In this document: positions 1 through 12,968 of the stretch, piece after piece | Layout: each line of letters starts with the position of its first letter | How positions within the stretch are numbered: position 1 is the first letter of the stretch | Assembly: GCA_951406725.2 (NCBI GenBank) | Contig: OX597830.1 | Span: 79,546,001-79,610,000, forward strand | Source: Octopus vulgaris | Lineage: Eukaryota | Direction: 5' to 3' | Length of the DNA stretch: 64,000 bases | The notes under the pieces: generated by a model | Databases searched by the model: none | What the model was told of the DNA's origin: nothing | Seen by the model: only the letters and a program-made list of their open reading frames with translations | Translations under genes and position numbers: made by a program

Positions 1-2780
1 ATCACTGGCTGTCCCGTAGCAGCCCCTAATGCATCCTCCACGGTGACGTCAGTATTCTGGACATATCCTCCAACCACATCCAGCCATAATGAGGCTTCTC
101 CTAGTCTACAGCTTCAGGATCGAATGGGAGTAAAACCCAGGTAGGAGGATATATCAGGAGATGGAGGAAACATTCGTATCAGTGAATTCGATGGATAGCT
201 GTGAGGTGGGAAGCTGGGGGGCTGATGCATGCGTACACGCAGTTCTTTGTTGGAAACATGATGGTACCATTTGATGTTCTCAAATATTCTGCTATCGACG
301 TCACCAATCTTCTTTGCCAGGGTCTTTGGCGAGGGCCGATGCGTTGTAGATAGAGAATTTCGTCTTGAGGAAGATAGAATAATGGTGTCAAAGGGGCTTC
401 CATAGGGAGTACATGACCCCAGTGACCAAACCACATCTGCGATTGATCTCCATTGTTGGGCTCAGATAGATGAAGGAGTTGACAAACTTCACGACGTCAG
501 GGTCAATAGGGAAGAAGAGGGTCTGAGCTATCAACTACATGCATCAGCATGGTCTCCGCCCATCTCACCTGATAGCCAAGCTTTGCTGATTCTCTGCATA
601 TGGTCAGTGCGTCCCTTAGCTCGTCAATCGAGTTGCTGAATAGGGTGGTGTCGTTCTCATACTCCAGGTCGGTATGATGGTAGTTTCAGAAGGTCACACC
701 AGAAACTCACTCACCAAATAATCGATGACATAGATGATGAGGTCGAGACCGGCCACGCAGCCCTGTCTCTTGCTCTTGAGGAGGAACCAGTCAGAATCAT
801 TCCCGTTCACCTAAACCCAGCTTTCGGTACTGCTATAGAGCTACTAGAACAGGATAGTGATCATGGGAGACACACCGTCGAGCTCGAGAATTTTCCAGAA
901 TGATGCATGGTCGACCGTGTCCAAAGCCACCTTAAGGTCGATAAAGGCGATGTAGAGGTGGAGATCTCTTTGAACTACGAGACGAAGTGCAAAAGTATGG
1001 TCTGCAGAAGATCAACACGGTATGAATCTGGCTTATTGTGAATGGTGTATGCTTCTAATGACAAGAAGAGATCCAGATGAAGGGCTTACTGGGGATGGAA
1101 AGGAGAGTGGTGCCACCGTGGTAGCTGCAGACGAGTTTGTTGCCTTCCGCTTTCTGACGCAGAGGATGATACTCTGAGTTCAGTCATTTAGGAGCTGCTC
1201 GGATACCCATAGATGGTCGATGATGTATCTGAGCCATTGAGTCATGTTTTCTCCATCCGGCTTGAACATCTCCGCGGCCACAGTGCAGATTCCTGGGTGT
1301 TTGAGGTTTTCGATCTTCTTCAGGGTGACACTGACTTCATCAGAGTTAACAGGATCGAGTCTACAAGTGTCGTTGGTTGGGGCTGTGTGTGCAGTGATGG
1401 TTAGACTGGGATCGATTTAAACAGATACGTGACAGAGAAAGCCGAAGTTCTCCTTCCAGTGTTCGAAGCAGGTGGTTTCCACGATGTCTACATTTCATTG
1501 GTATCCCTCGCTGAGGTGGTCTTTAAGTAGAGACTGGTACAGTCTCTGCGGAGCATATTGAATATCAGACTGATCTTGTTATTCTTTGCTGCTACATCCA
1601 GGTGCTCGGCTTCTCCCGCTCAGAACTTCTCCCAGTTTTCTGAATGGAGTCGTCGCATATCCAGTTGGGCTGGTTGTTTTCATTTGTGTTACTGCATAGG
1701 TGAGCCTCACTGCAGCAGTTACTTGTGTACGACCTCCACAGTAGGATCAAGGGTCGCTTGAGAAGAGGTAATGAGTTTACCAGGACATCACGTTCTAACT
1801 TTTGACACTTGATTTGAAAATTTCTCAGTTGGTAGTCTCATTTTTGGACACGGAAGTGAAGTGATTGTTGTTAAATCACGCAACTGTTGAGGCAATGTTG
1901 AGATTACAGACACAAAATGAATCAGGCCATTGCTGGTACTTAGAGACAGAGTCAGCTCGCAACTTCAACGTGAGTGTCGCCACCAGCAATCGATAGTAGA
2001 TATTGCCGAGTTGATCTCCTCTATAGAGCCGGCAGCTAGTGAGAAATGACCTCTAGCAGCGGAGATGATGATGTAGTTGATCGCCCTCTGTGTTTAACAG
2101 TCCGGACTGTACAAAGTCCTGTGATGATCAAGTCTGCTGGAGGAAAATGTGTCTGCAATATAGAAATTGTTGTTGCGGCATTGGAGCAGGAGGCAATTAC
2201 CAATAGTTTAAGTCTGGAATAAGTTTGTCGAAGGGAACCTGGCAGAAGAGATGGCAGCACTGATGTCCGTCAGGGGGTGGGGTGATATCGTGGTGGGGAC
2301 TGGTCCTAAAACTTTTGGAGTTGGTTGCAGTAGTCGCCCTTGACTGTCTTCTCTGCGAAGTCTGTGGGGTATAGGCAATGATGAAAACAGGTGGACAGCA
2401 AACGATCATTCACCGGGTTCCATCCTATGAGTAATTGCAGATGTACTTGGGCACGACTAATGCCACACCACAGAGACCTGTTCTGTCGTCGGGGCCTCTC
2501 TAGAAGAAACTCCTGGAATAGCAGAATGGCTTCTCCTGGACGAATGAGCAACAAGACATTCCATTTAGTAGCACGTCTTTTGTAGCGTAAGTTGATTACT
2601 CATTGGTCGGTGACATGCATGTGTCTGTTCCGATGTTGGACAGTCTGATTTCTTCAGACGGATGATGGTCCTGCTATCTTGGCGATGTGCCGACACACTG
2701 TGGGACACAGTTAGTCTGGAACCTTTCCAGAAGTCCTGTCTCCTGCATGAAGTAGCCATACCAGGAGCGAAGCATCAAAC
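1..2780 (-). mobile_element. Degenerate RTE-like LINE (endonuclease + RT)
   Basis: GC-richer block. The minus strand near 900-1030 reads SSADHTFALR...HLYIAFIDLKVALDTVDHASFWKIL (RT motifs). Many stops and frameshifts. Confidence 0.75.
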
Positions 2781-3409
2781 GGTTAGATTCTCTTGGATCT
2801 AAACTACATATAAGCTACTCTGGCACCATATGGCCAGACCTTAGAATTAGTCATGAATATAAAATTTAGAATTAGCCATTTCTTGATGCAATTATTTTCT
2901 ACAAAATTTTCTGTAATCTCTGTTCTTTTTGTAATACTTATTCCAATAGTTCTGCCACAACAGAATAAAATTCTAATATCAATGAGGTATATCTTTGAGA
3001 ATAATTATAATTCAGTTAAGATCGACATAATTCATTACATCATTACAATAAAATAGACTATTGTCCAAGTGGTAGATACAAGAATCAATAATTACATAGA
3101 CACAAAACATAAGTACATGCATGCGTGTGAACATACGTACATACATGAATACAAAGAGAATCTGGATAAACTGAGATTTTCCGAAAGAGCATTTTGACTG
3201 GCTGATTCGTAGATTGCAAGTTCAATCTGTGAGTGGAACAGTAAAAATATGCAAGACTTTTCTCAAGTTCCAAATGTGAATTTGTCTGTGTTAACTACAT
3301 CCCGAAGATGGAGCCTGGTATCTTTGTTGGAAACCGGCTCCTTTCTCAATAGAAAAATTATAATAATTCATAATAATGCGTGTATATATATATATATATA
3401 TACATACAT

Positions 3410-3565
3410 ATGTACGACAGGCTTCTTTCAAAGCTCCTTTCAGGCCTTGCTTGGCCCGAGGCCATAGCAGAAGATACTTGACCAAGGTGCCTCGCAATGG
3501 GACTGAACTCGGAACCATGTGGTTGATAAGCAAGCTACTTATTACACAGTAATTCCTGCGCCTAT
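3410..3565 (-). mobile_element. tRNA-derived SINE, partial
   Basis: Head GGCGCAGG...GGTTCCGAGTTCAGTCCC (B-box-like). Same family as the copies at 12563 and 15715. Confidence 0.8.
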
Positions 3566-3639
3566 ATATTTATATATATGTATATATATATGTGTGTGTG
3601 TGTATTTAGTAACAGAAAGGGTGGAATTTCAATTATCCT

Positions 3640-4800
3640 CACGTGGTAAGCTGTAATATATATAAGAAATTAAAGAAGGAAAATGCACACACTTTACATA
3701 GTTTTAGTTTTTTTAAAATATATTTTATGTTGTTTGTCGACTGGTTTCGTTTTAGCTAATCATGACATTAAAATTATTTTAATTACGTATTTTCTTAAGA
3801 AAATTGTCTTTCTCTATGTGTGTGTAGTTTATGAATGAATGATTCAACAAGCATAAAATTCTAAGGGGAGGTAATTGGTGATCGTTATCATTGTGGACAG
3901 GGAAGATAACTGTTCATTTTTCAGTGCCGGGGGAGGGAAATATATACACAAAATTTCAAAAGCTAGAGTAGTGGGGAGAAATATGTACAGTGATGGGAAT
4001 GCAATCGTGAGTCAAAATATGTATAGAGAACAAAGCTGGTTATGCGTGCATATTTAGATGTTCTGTATTTTTCGTTGAATAATTTTTCTTTATTTGTATA
4101 GAAATTGTATCGTTGCGCTGGAAGAAGGGAAAAACTGTGAAATCTGGTTTGATGTTACCTGCACATCTCTCCATTCCTCTTAAAGGAATCTGTCTGTATT
4201 ACGGGAATCGGATCTGTTCTTTATGTAGAGTGGCTTCTCCATCTCAATGTCATACTCGTTCTATATAGTTATGTCCACAATCCGAGCAGGTTATTACATA
4301 AATTAGATTCTCAGAGGCATAAGTAAAATTGATTTAAATTGTGACCCTCTCTCCTTGTTTGGAAAGGAAATTCGAGCCTTCAAGTAGATTGGAGTATGTT
4401 GCACAGTTTGGGCGTTTATATTTTTAACCATTGGTTTCGTAGTTGTTGTGTAAAGCTTTGCAATTGTTAGAAGTCACTTTAGCGATTTGTGTTGCTTTTT
4501 GCATTTCATGAATTTATGTGTTTTCAGGATTTATATATATATAAGGCGGACAAAACACAAACCCTTCGAGTAGATGGCCCTGCTTGATCTGTAGAAAAGG
4601 CGTAGGTAGAAAATCTATAAGATGTACCTGTTGTAAGCTATAGACACATAAGAGGTACAGCAATATCAAAGGAGAGTTACATGGGAAGATAGTTTCTGTG
4701 TGTGTTTATTGCACAAGTGCAATAAACAACGAAAATGCACAGAAAACAGATTCCATCACATGCCAGGGTAAAAATCTTGAAGTAGTTGATAGCTTCTGTT
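3640..4800 (-). mobile_element. Degenerate Penelope-like element (GIY-YIG end plus pseudo-LTR)
   Basis: The minus strand near 4255-4420 reads KRPNCATYSNLLEG...NFTYASENLIYVITCSDCGHNYIE, the Penelope Cys-rich/GIY-YIG signature. A decayed hammerhead motif lies at 3735-3767. Confidence 0.8.
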
Positions 4801-4884
4801 ACCTATGTGATATGTGACCAAGACAGTAGTAGGGGTGGATGCTCTGTGAGTGTATCTGCTAGAATAAGAATATTCTGGAGAAAG

Positions 4885-4966
<82 letters not shown>

Positions 4967-5399
4967 CAGAATTTATTTGGGATTTGAAAATGCATCTAAA
5001 TCTCAAATTGTGTGGGTGTTTCAAAATTTTGTAATACATTTATTCAAATATCAAGCTGGTTCAACAACGTTTTGCATATCAGTGGTAAAAATAAATAAAT
5101 AATACAAGGTTTGGGTAAGTTTATATGTACAAAGCAAAGTTCGGAAAAACTTGTTTAAACGATCAAATTTTCGGATGTTCACACAAATTCCAATGAGTTT
5201 CACAGAGCCAGAATGTAATATAAGTCTAAATTTTCGCTGAAGATCATAAGAAATATCCATGATTGAAAGTTTAGTCATACCGAGGTTTTATAAAAATGAC
5301 TAAATTGTTAATCATGTATATTTGTTTTGACCTTCATTAAATATTTACACTGTGCTACTATTGCAAGACTTGTGCTTCTATAATTTGCACTAATTACAC

Positions 5400-5960
5400 T
5401 GTATGGAATTTCTAACAGCACCTCTGTACATGGTCTGTATGGCTATCAACTGCCAGTTTCCTCTGTGACCACCAGATCAGAGAGAGTAAGGATCTCTGTC
5501 AAAGGTTTTCTACAGGTCATTGAACACAATTTTAGCCAGATACTTCTCTTGCACTTATCTCACCCAAACAGGGCATTTTTAATACTTGTCTATAGAAAGC
5601 AACCAAACCAAACTATATCTCATCTAGTCTAACTTTTCTTCTAATAACTTGATCATTCGTTGTTTCCATAACTTTTGTACCATTGTCCAGCAGTTTGATA
5701 CTTTTGTATATTTATCTTTTTCTAGCATCTGCTTTACCATTGCAACAGCTGGCTGTTATGCTGTAATGTCATTCACTGGGAATCTCACCTTCATCTATAA
5801 TCTGATTCACTATAGAAGTAACAAAGCCATATCCCATACAGCCAAGTATTTTAAACATTATAGCAATCGTTCCAAACGGTTCATGGAGATTCCCATGCAT
5901 TTATATTCTTCAGTGCTGCCAACTAGAAAGACTAGATCTTCTGTTGAGTCAATATTGAGA
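5400..5960 (-). mobile_element. Old RTE LINE RT fragment
   Basis: FNDL*KTFDRDPYSLIWW resembles FIGMEKAFDRVPLSLIWW in the ORF at 19406-20398. Confidence 0.6.
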
Positions 5961-6257
5961 AGACCTTTTTTTCACTACAATCACCACATACAATAACCTT
6001 TAATGATAGCTCTTTTATGCTTCTTTCTTTTCTGAATCACTAAGTGTATGTGTATTACTAATAATTCATACACACCAATACGAAATATAAAAACCAACTG
6101 TACAAAAAAGAAAAGGGTATGTAAAAACATTCACAAAAAGCATTTAAAACGTTGCTGCTATACAAATACATTGCCGAAATCATGAACTGATTATTCAATA
6201 AAATTTCTACAGACAAGTATTATCAATAAAAATATTTAAAAGCATTAAAACAATTAC

Positions 6258-6342
6258 CTTTGCAATTTTCTGATCATGTTCTACAAACTTTACCTCACCA
6301 AATGCATCACAGGGATTTGATGCCTCTTCGTCTCTAAGGTTT
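6258..6342 (-). CDS. TRPM: TRPM-like exon H (second N-terminal MHR1/2 unit)
   Basis: tctttgatag|A...AAG|gtaatt, 85 nt, phase 2 to 0. Encodes NLRDEEASNPCDAFGEVKFVEHDQKIAK (TRPM PTDAFGxIxF...K motif). No further exon was found; the gene probably continues left of the window. Confidence 0.85.
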
Positions 6343-6977
6343 CTATCAAAGACAAACAAAAGCCAAATGAACAATTGGAGTAAATTTGTGATGGGGAAGG
6401 TAGAAAAAGGAAAATGACAAAATCAAGAGATAAAGAACAACTCCAATGAAAAATACAAATATTCACAGATATAGAGATATAAATCTATACACAGAAATGG
6501 ATACTTATCTTTCAATTTAGTTGAATAAAACAATGATTAATTTTAAATAAACTTAAAAGGAAAAGCAAAGAAACATTTTGCCATCAGAAGTAAATGGAGA
6601 AAAATGAGGCTCACTGGGGAATAGTGATTCCACATCTGGGATGATGCTGCCCTTACACATACAGGTCTCATAAGACCACATCAAGAAAGAATAAAAGGTG
6701 ACTCATCTGACTGGCATGAAGTCACTTACCAATACACACTAAATTCTGACCTATAGTTGTGCTGTGTCCTCTCTTTGCCTTTTTTACCACTACACAATAG
6801 CCTCTGCTCCACAGAACTGGTTGCTCTCTTTCCACCCTATCCAGGTACCACTGATACACACATCTTGTCCATTAGACTTGATCCCCACACTAACAATATA
6901 AAAATTGAATTAAGTAGGTGTGAAAAGAAACTGCATGAGATGTCCGGTGGTGTGTCTCCTTTTATCACTCTCTCTCC

Positions 6978-7015
<38 letters not shown>

Positions 7016-7767
7016 TTGTTCCCCTCTTGCCCAAGGAAAGAAAATGTTGATCTTATTGGATTTATCCCCCTTGCTTACTATACAACTAAATTCATATGAA
7101 AGGCAATATTGGGTATGTGTATTTGTCACAGTTAACTGTATCAGATATTATTACTAATGTAGTTCCTCAATATATAAACAGTATTATCATTATTGATAGT
7201 ATATACTCATTACAAATAAACAAATCAGAAAAATCTATTAAAATTTATGTTTTAATTTCAAAAATATTTTTATTTTGAAAATTAGCATTCATTTTCTATG
7301 AAATTTGAAAATGTATGATTATAATTTTTATAGTTATGTAACATTACCTGATATTACCTGGATTAGCAAAATATATGTATTCTCAGCATTAGCCAACATA
7401 GTAATTCATAAAAACTGTTCTTAATTAATAATAATTATGTGGTGACAAGCTCCGATGAAGGCTATGCTTTGCTGAGGAAATCTAATTAGACTAAAATATG
7501 TAAACAACAAGATCATTAGCGGGTCAGAAAAAATACCATGTGGTATTAGCTTCAAGTATTTATATTGAGTTCAAGTTTTACATTGCTCAACCTTTCATTT
7601 TGTCTTTCTGGAGTTGGGGAGTCATTAAAATAAAGTACCAAAACAGGTCAGTGACTGTTGCCTGCAAATGCAAAGGTCACATCAAATTAGTATCAGACAC
7701 TGAGCGAAAGAATTTTTTTCTTAAATATTATCAATTATTTAAAATTTCTTCAAAATTTAAAAAACAA

Positions 7768-7975
7768 TGGCAGTACAGTTATGAGCTGGCAGAATTGTTA
7801 AAACATATTACTTTTGATACTTAACATTCTGAGTTCAATTTTTGATGAGGCCATCTTTGTCTTTTGTCCTCTTGGAGTTTGATAAAATAAAGTAGCAGTC
7901 AAGTGCTGGTGCTCATGGTATTAATTTAACCATTCCCCGAAAAATTGCTGGTCTTGTGCTTAAATTAGAAACTAT
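7768..7975 (+). mobile_element. SINE, diverged copy
   Basis: GAGCTGGCAGAATTGTTA...TTCTGAGTTCAATT...GATAAAATAAAGTAGCAGTC, homologous to the copies at 8580 and 9297. Confidence 0.65.
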
Positions 7976-8579
7976 TTTCCATCCAGATAAGAGTTAGTAG
8001 ATAATTTCTCTCACATCTCTATCAATAGTGTATACATGATGTGATGGCTATTATGACTTTCCCATGATGCAATTGTTTTAGATTCAACATTCAACTTCAG
8101 ATCAAGTCATTTGACAAACAAGTACAACATTAAAATTAATGGATGTATTCATCAGTGAATATTTACACATGCATACACATATGTGCATGCACACACTTTC
8201 ATGCACACACACACCTGTGTACGGAGTTGGTCAACATGCTGTTGGCGTTTACAGATTTCTCCAATATCCCAATTCATCCAATAAAAGTCTTTGTGAACAA
8301 TGATTGATTTTCTTTTTAAAGGCATCAATCCACAGCCATAATTAACCCCTAAAGGGGAATTTTCCAGAATCAACACCTAAAGGTAAATTTTCCCCGTAAT
8401 TTTTCCTTTCACTTTTTAACTTTGCTTAACTGTCCCTTTTTAAGTATTATCTCCCACTGGAATTAAAGATTATTTCTTTTTTTATCCAACTCCTTCCCTC
8501 ATATTCCATCCACCACATACAAGTGCACATACATATTCACACTGCTTGAATCTTATACTTACCCTCTCACACATATATA

Positions 8580-8790
8580 TTCCGTTTCTTTATTACCCAC
8601 AGGGGGCTACACACAGAGGAGACAAACAAGGACAGACAAACGGATTAAGTCGATTACATCGACCCCAGTGCGTAACTGGTACTTAATTTATCGACCCCGA
8701 AAGGATGAAAGGCAAAGTCAACCTCGGCGGAATTTGAACTCAGAACGTAACGGCAGATGAAATACAGCTACGCATTTCCTGCCCGGCACA
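8580..8790 (-). mobile_element. SINE (cephalopod tRNA-derived family)
   Basis: GTTCTGAGTTCAAATTCCGCCGAGGTTGACTTTGCCTTTCATCCTTTCGGGGTCGATAAATTAAGTACCAG core, shared with the copies at 9297 and 15808. Confidence 0.85.
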
Positions 8791-9296
8791 CATCTCTCCA
8801 CACACACCTGTTGCTATTTACTCTTTCCTTATTTCTTTTTCACCTGAGTTCCACATGAACATCAACCACCCATCTCCACTCTCCTCTGCTAGAAATCCCA
8901 TACCTACTAACACTTCTTGTATCCAATATCATGATGACCATCTATAATAAGACATAGACAATCCTCATCTCCTTCCCTTAATTTTCTCTTTACCTCTCCC
9001 CCCACTCTCTCTCTGTTGTCTTCCATTTCCGCATGGCTTAATATACTGACTTTGTTTTATATTTCTCATATTTTTGCTTCTTTGAATTCCTTTTGCTGAG
9101 AAACACAAAGATCTCATTTTCCCGTATATTGTATTTCATGCATTAATTGCTGCTTACCCCTCAGTATCTTCGGAAGCAGAGGAAACTGGAATCTATTGAA
9201 TTATTAAATAACAATAAAACGACATTTTGAACTTCATCCCAAACCTCCAAAAAGTATGTATTTGATGTAACCTTTGAGACTTACTCCTATTTAATA

Positions 9297-9512
9297 TTCT
9301 TTTCTACTCTAGGCACAGGGCCCAAAATTTTTGGTAGGGGGACAGTCGATTAGAACGACCCTAGTATGCAACTGGTACTTAATTAATCGACCCTGAAAGG
9401 ATGAAAGGCAAAGTCGACCTTGGTGGAATTTGAACTCAGAACGTAAAAACAGACGAAATACTGCTAAGCATTTCACCCAGCACAGCAATGTTTCTGCCAG
9501 CTCGCCGCCTTA
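9297..9512 (-). mobile_element. SINE (same family as 8580)
   Basis: Head GGCGGCGAGCTGGCAGAAAC, same core, tail GTGCCTAGAGTAGAAAAGAAT. Confidence 0.85.
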
Positions 9513-9721
9513 ACTCATATTTAATACTAAATATGAAAATATAAATATAGTGAATATAACCATAAATGTATGATGAGATGGCTATCATTCATCATCCGTG
9601 ATGAAGTCATTTTACGTTCAACACAAACTTTGGTGAAGTCTCTTGCCAGAAAGTAGAATTCCAAAATGAGTAAATCTTACTCTCTTTGTGTGTGTGTGTG
9701 TCTCTCTCTCTTTCTGTATCC

Positions 9722-9755
<34 letters not shown>

Positions 9756-10315
9756 GTATGCATGAGTATAATTTGAAGTATCATTAGCAGACACTATGGA
9801 TTTCCCACTGAGTTGATTTACAGCAATCTGATCCTTACAAAACAGAGAAAGAAATCGATATCATAAACTCTAACTTCTTTCACCAATAAAAGAAATGAGT
9901 CTGATTGTTAAAATTATTAATACTAGAGCTGTCTTAAAAGTATTAAGTATACAGAAATGATGAATTCTCATTTTGCCAACCAAATTTATTTTGAGCCTTC
10001 TGTTGACTTTTTTCCGCTATTGATAAATAACACCAGTGATCTAATGGTGTAAGAGTTTTTGAAGTGTAGCAACTTAGTATATTTGCAATATATTATGTGA
10101 AAAGACTTATGTATAAATCAACAATCAATTAATTTTAAGTTATCTTCATTGCTTGTTGTTTTGGGGTTACTGACATCCTCAGAAGTTTTTGTCAACTAGT
10201 TACTTGGATAATCTCGGTTGACCAAAGTTTTTCAACTCACTATGTAGTATAACTGAAATCCTTCTACTCATGTACTTATATTCTATCAGAATTATGAGCT
10301 TATTGCTTGAATTAC

Positions 10316-10353
10316 CTCAATTTTATGTTTTCCGGAATCCATTTCTTTACATC
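10316..10353 (-). CDS. TRPM: TRPM-like exon G (start of a second TRPM N-terminus)
   Basis: Strong T-rich acceptor ttttattttcag|GAT and donor AG|gtaatt, 38 nt, phase 0 to 2. Encodes DVKKWIPENIKLR, matching the WIPENIK motif I recall near the N-terminus of vertebrate TRPM2. Confidence 0.8.
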
Positions 10354-11894
10354 CTGAAAATAAAAAAAAATTTTAATTTGAATGTTTGAAGGAATGATGG
10401 AGTTCCAACATCTGACATTAATTCTATAACAGAGAATCTCAAAATTTACAACAAATTATAGAGAAGACATATAAACAGTACAAGACACGAGTAAAGCCAA
10501 GATTATCAGGTGGAGATAATCTCATCACTATTAATACAGATACACATGATTTCAGTTTGTCTTATTTACAATTTTTTGCATGGTACACTGGTTTTGACAT
10601 TGGACTGTAATGAATGAAATTTTCTGGATAGAAACAGTGCCACATCATGATAACAGAATTTTGCTTAACCAGTTTAATCATTTGTGTAAAACTTATAAGC
10701 CATGTCAGACTTACAAAGATATAATTATAAACTATTGAAAAGGTTGCAGGACGCAGTGAAAATTTTAGAAAAATAAAGAAGGAAATGAGTGGAAATTTTA
10801 CCGGTGAGTTTGTCAGATTATAAGGCACTAAAAGAGAATGACTCTCCCCAGACACAAGAGAATAACTCTAATATATCTTTAAAAAATGACTAAAATGAAT
10901 GGGAAAATGAATACAAAGAACAGTTAAATAGTTCTGTTTATTTGGTATTTTGTAGTCCCCCCCGCCCCCTTGAAAGCATATTGCACTTCCAACCTGGGTA
11001 ACTTTTTAACTTGAATTCACTAAACATTCTACATTTCCAAGTGCTAAGTTTTGGAAATGGAACAAATATTCCGTAAGGTTTCTGATTATTCATCTCTACA
11101 AGAACATAATTTTCATTCCATACGATACGTTCATGATAGAATAGAACTTAAAGGAATATGGCACTGTCAAAGCCAACAAAGTCATCGAATGTTAACCTTG
11201 CTCTGTCTTTGATGCATTTTATACGTTGACAGATCTGACTGAGATAATGGAGGTATACAGAGAAGAGTAATATTAATGATGAGTCACTGGAAGAAATGTT
11301 CAACAGTGACATGAGAATGCAGGGTTTAACAAATAAAATTATGGAAGATCAACGGAATTGTGATATACAATAGAATAGACCTATGCAACAATGTGTCAGC
11401 ACAGAAGGACAGATGTCTAACTGATAATGATGATATTTAATATTTATCATATTCATTGTTTTATATGAAGTACGTGACAACAATTTTATAGGAAGAGAAA
11501 TACAAATTTATGATAACTTCTTAATTCCCTTCAAGCAGAAATTGAAACAAGGAATTGAAACTGGGAATTGAAACCAGGACAGTGTCTCAGTTCACTGGAT
11601 GTTTATCTTCCAATGTAAGAGGCTAAGGAATGTCCAACTATAACTACATTCTTCAAAGACTTTCTTCCTTTGTTTATGAAGTCAGTACCATCCAACTTTC
11701 ATATTATATTCTGATTATTTTCCTCTTTTTCCCCCTCTAAATAGAAACCATGCTAAAGTAGACATTGGAGCTCAACGCAGACCTCCAGATGTTTGGATCC
11801 TATTGGATTGTCCAACCTACGTTAGCAAGGAAGATGGCTGTTAAATGATGAAACATAATTGTGTGTATGTGTGTACATATATATACATATATAT

Positions 11895-12049
11895 ATTCTA
11901 GCAAAAACTGTCCGATGAACGGCAACGGGAAACTCAGAGTAACAGGTTATGTTGAATTTTCTGCTGCTTTAAATAAAGCATATTACTCTACCACTGGTTT
12001 TTGAGTACTCTTTTTTCCACCTTGTTTCACATTTATGTGTTTACTCCGG

Positions 12050-12050
<1 letters not shown>
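11895..12050 (+). mobile_element. Solo Penelope-type pseudo-LTR with minimal hammerhead-like motif
   Basis: ctgt-CCGATGA-acggcaacgg-GAAA-ctcagagt-A-acag at 11908-11945, followed by AATAAA. Flanked by TA microsatellite. Confidence 0.55.
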
Positions 12051-12085
<35 letters not shown>

Positions 12086-12419
12086 TAGGGAGAGACAGAC
12101 AGACAGACAGAGATAAATGCACACGGATGTATACAGCAGCATCTTACACATACTGACAAATAAGTATGCACACACACATACACAAGGTGCATAAATTTCC
12201 CACTTGCTATTCCTGCCTAAAGTGATCCTTCGACTATCTCCAGTAAAAAAATTTTACAAACAAGCAATAATTATTTTACAAGCATTCAAATTATTAAAAC
12301 GATATTTAAAATACATTTTTATTTAAAACATTTTACTCTTCATCCTCTCAAGAAGAAAAAAAATTTTAAATTTATTAATTGTTCACAACATGAAGTGATA
12401 AAAAAAGATATTATCTTAC

Positions 12420-12514
12420 TTCCCGGGGAGCTTCTCCTTTAAATATTAGACGTTTTAGAACATCAGGTTTGTTCCATTCCAATCCGAGCCTCATATTTTC
12501 TATGTTTTTCTTTG
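12420..12514 (-). CDS. TRPM: TRPM-like channel exon F (start of MHR3)
   Basis: ttacag|CA...GAA|gtaag, 95 nt, phase 1 to 0. Encodes AKKNIENMRLGLEWNKPDVLKRLIFKGEAPRE (resembles TRPM QLxLALxWNRxDIA..IF). Confidence 0.88.
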
Positions 12515-12562
12515 CTGTAATATAGATTTTACATGAAACAGTCTGTTGATATTAAAATATTC

Positions 12563-12968
12563 TTGTGGCTGTGTGGTAAGTAGCTTGTTTACCAACCACA
12601 TGATTCCGGGTTCAGTCCCACTGCGTGGCACCTTGGGCAAGTGTCTTCTACTATAGCCTCGGGCCGACCAAAGCCTTGTGAGTGGATTTGGTTGACGGAA
12701 ACTGAAAGAAGCCCGTCGTATATATGTATATATATATATATATGCGTGCGTGTGTTTGTGTGTCTGTGTTTGTCCCCCTAGCATTGCTTGACAACCGATG
12801 CTGGTGTGTTTATGTCCCCGTTACTTAGCGGTTCGGCAAAAGAGACAGATAGAATAAGTACAAGGCTTACAAAAGAATAAGTCCCGGGGTCGAGTTGCTC
12901 GATTAAAGGTGGTGCTCCAGCATGACCGCAGTCAAATGACTGAAACAAGTAAAAGAGTCAAGAGAGTA
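12563..12968 (+). mobile_element. Near full-length tRNA-derived SINE with LINE-like 3' tail
   Basis: A/B-box-like head (TGGCTGTGTGGTAAG; GGGTTCAGTCCC) and an internal TA/TG tract. The tail GGTGGTGCTCCAGCATGACCGCAGTCAAATGACTGAAAC resembles the LINE 3' UTR at 28905-28975. Confidence 0.88.

Noticed and set aside
5051-5278. 75-aa minus-strand ORF as the next TRPM exon
   Set aside because: It lacks the expected YVRxS/LISVTGG motifs and convincing splice sites.
7350-7359. Possible 10-nt micro-exon (ccag|GTAATATCAG|gtaatg, minus strand)
   Set aside because: Its length would break the phase-2/phase-2 join of exons G and H.
7445-7540. CCGATGAAGG...GAAA as a further hammerhead
   Set aside because: I could not build consistent stems I-III.
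12563-12640. tRNA gene
   Set aside because: It has A/B-box-like sequence but is a multi-copy SINE head with no complete cloverleaf.
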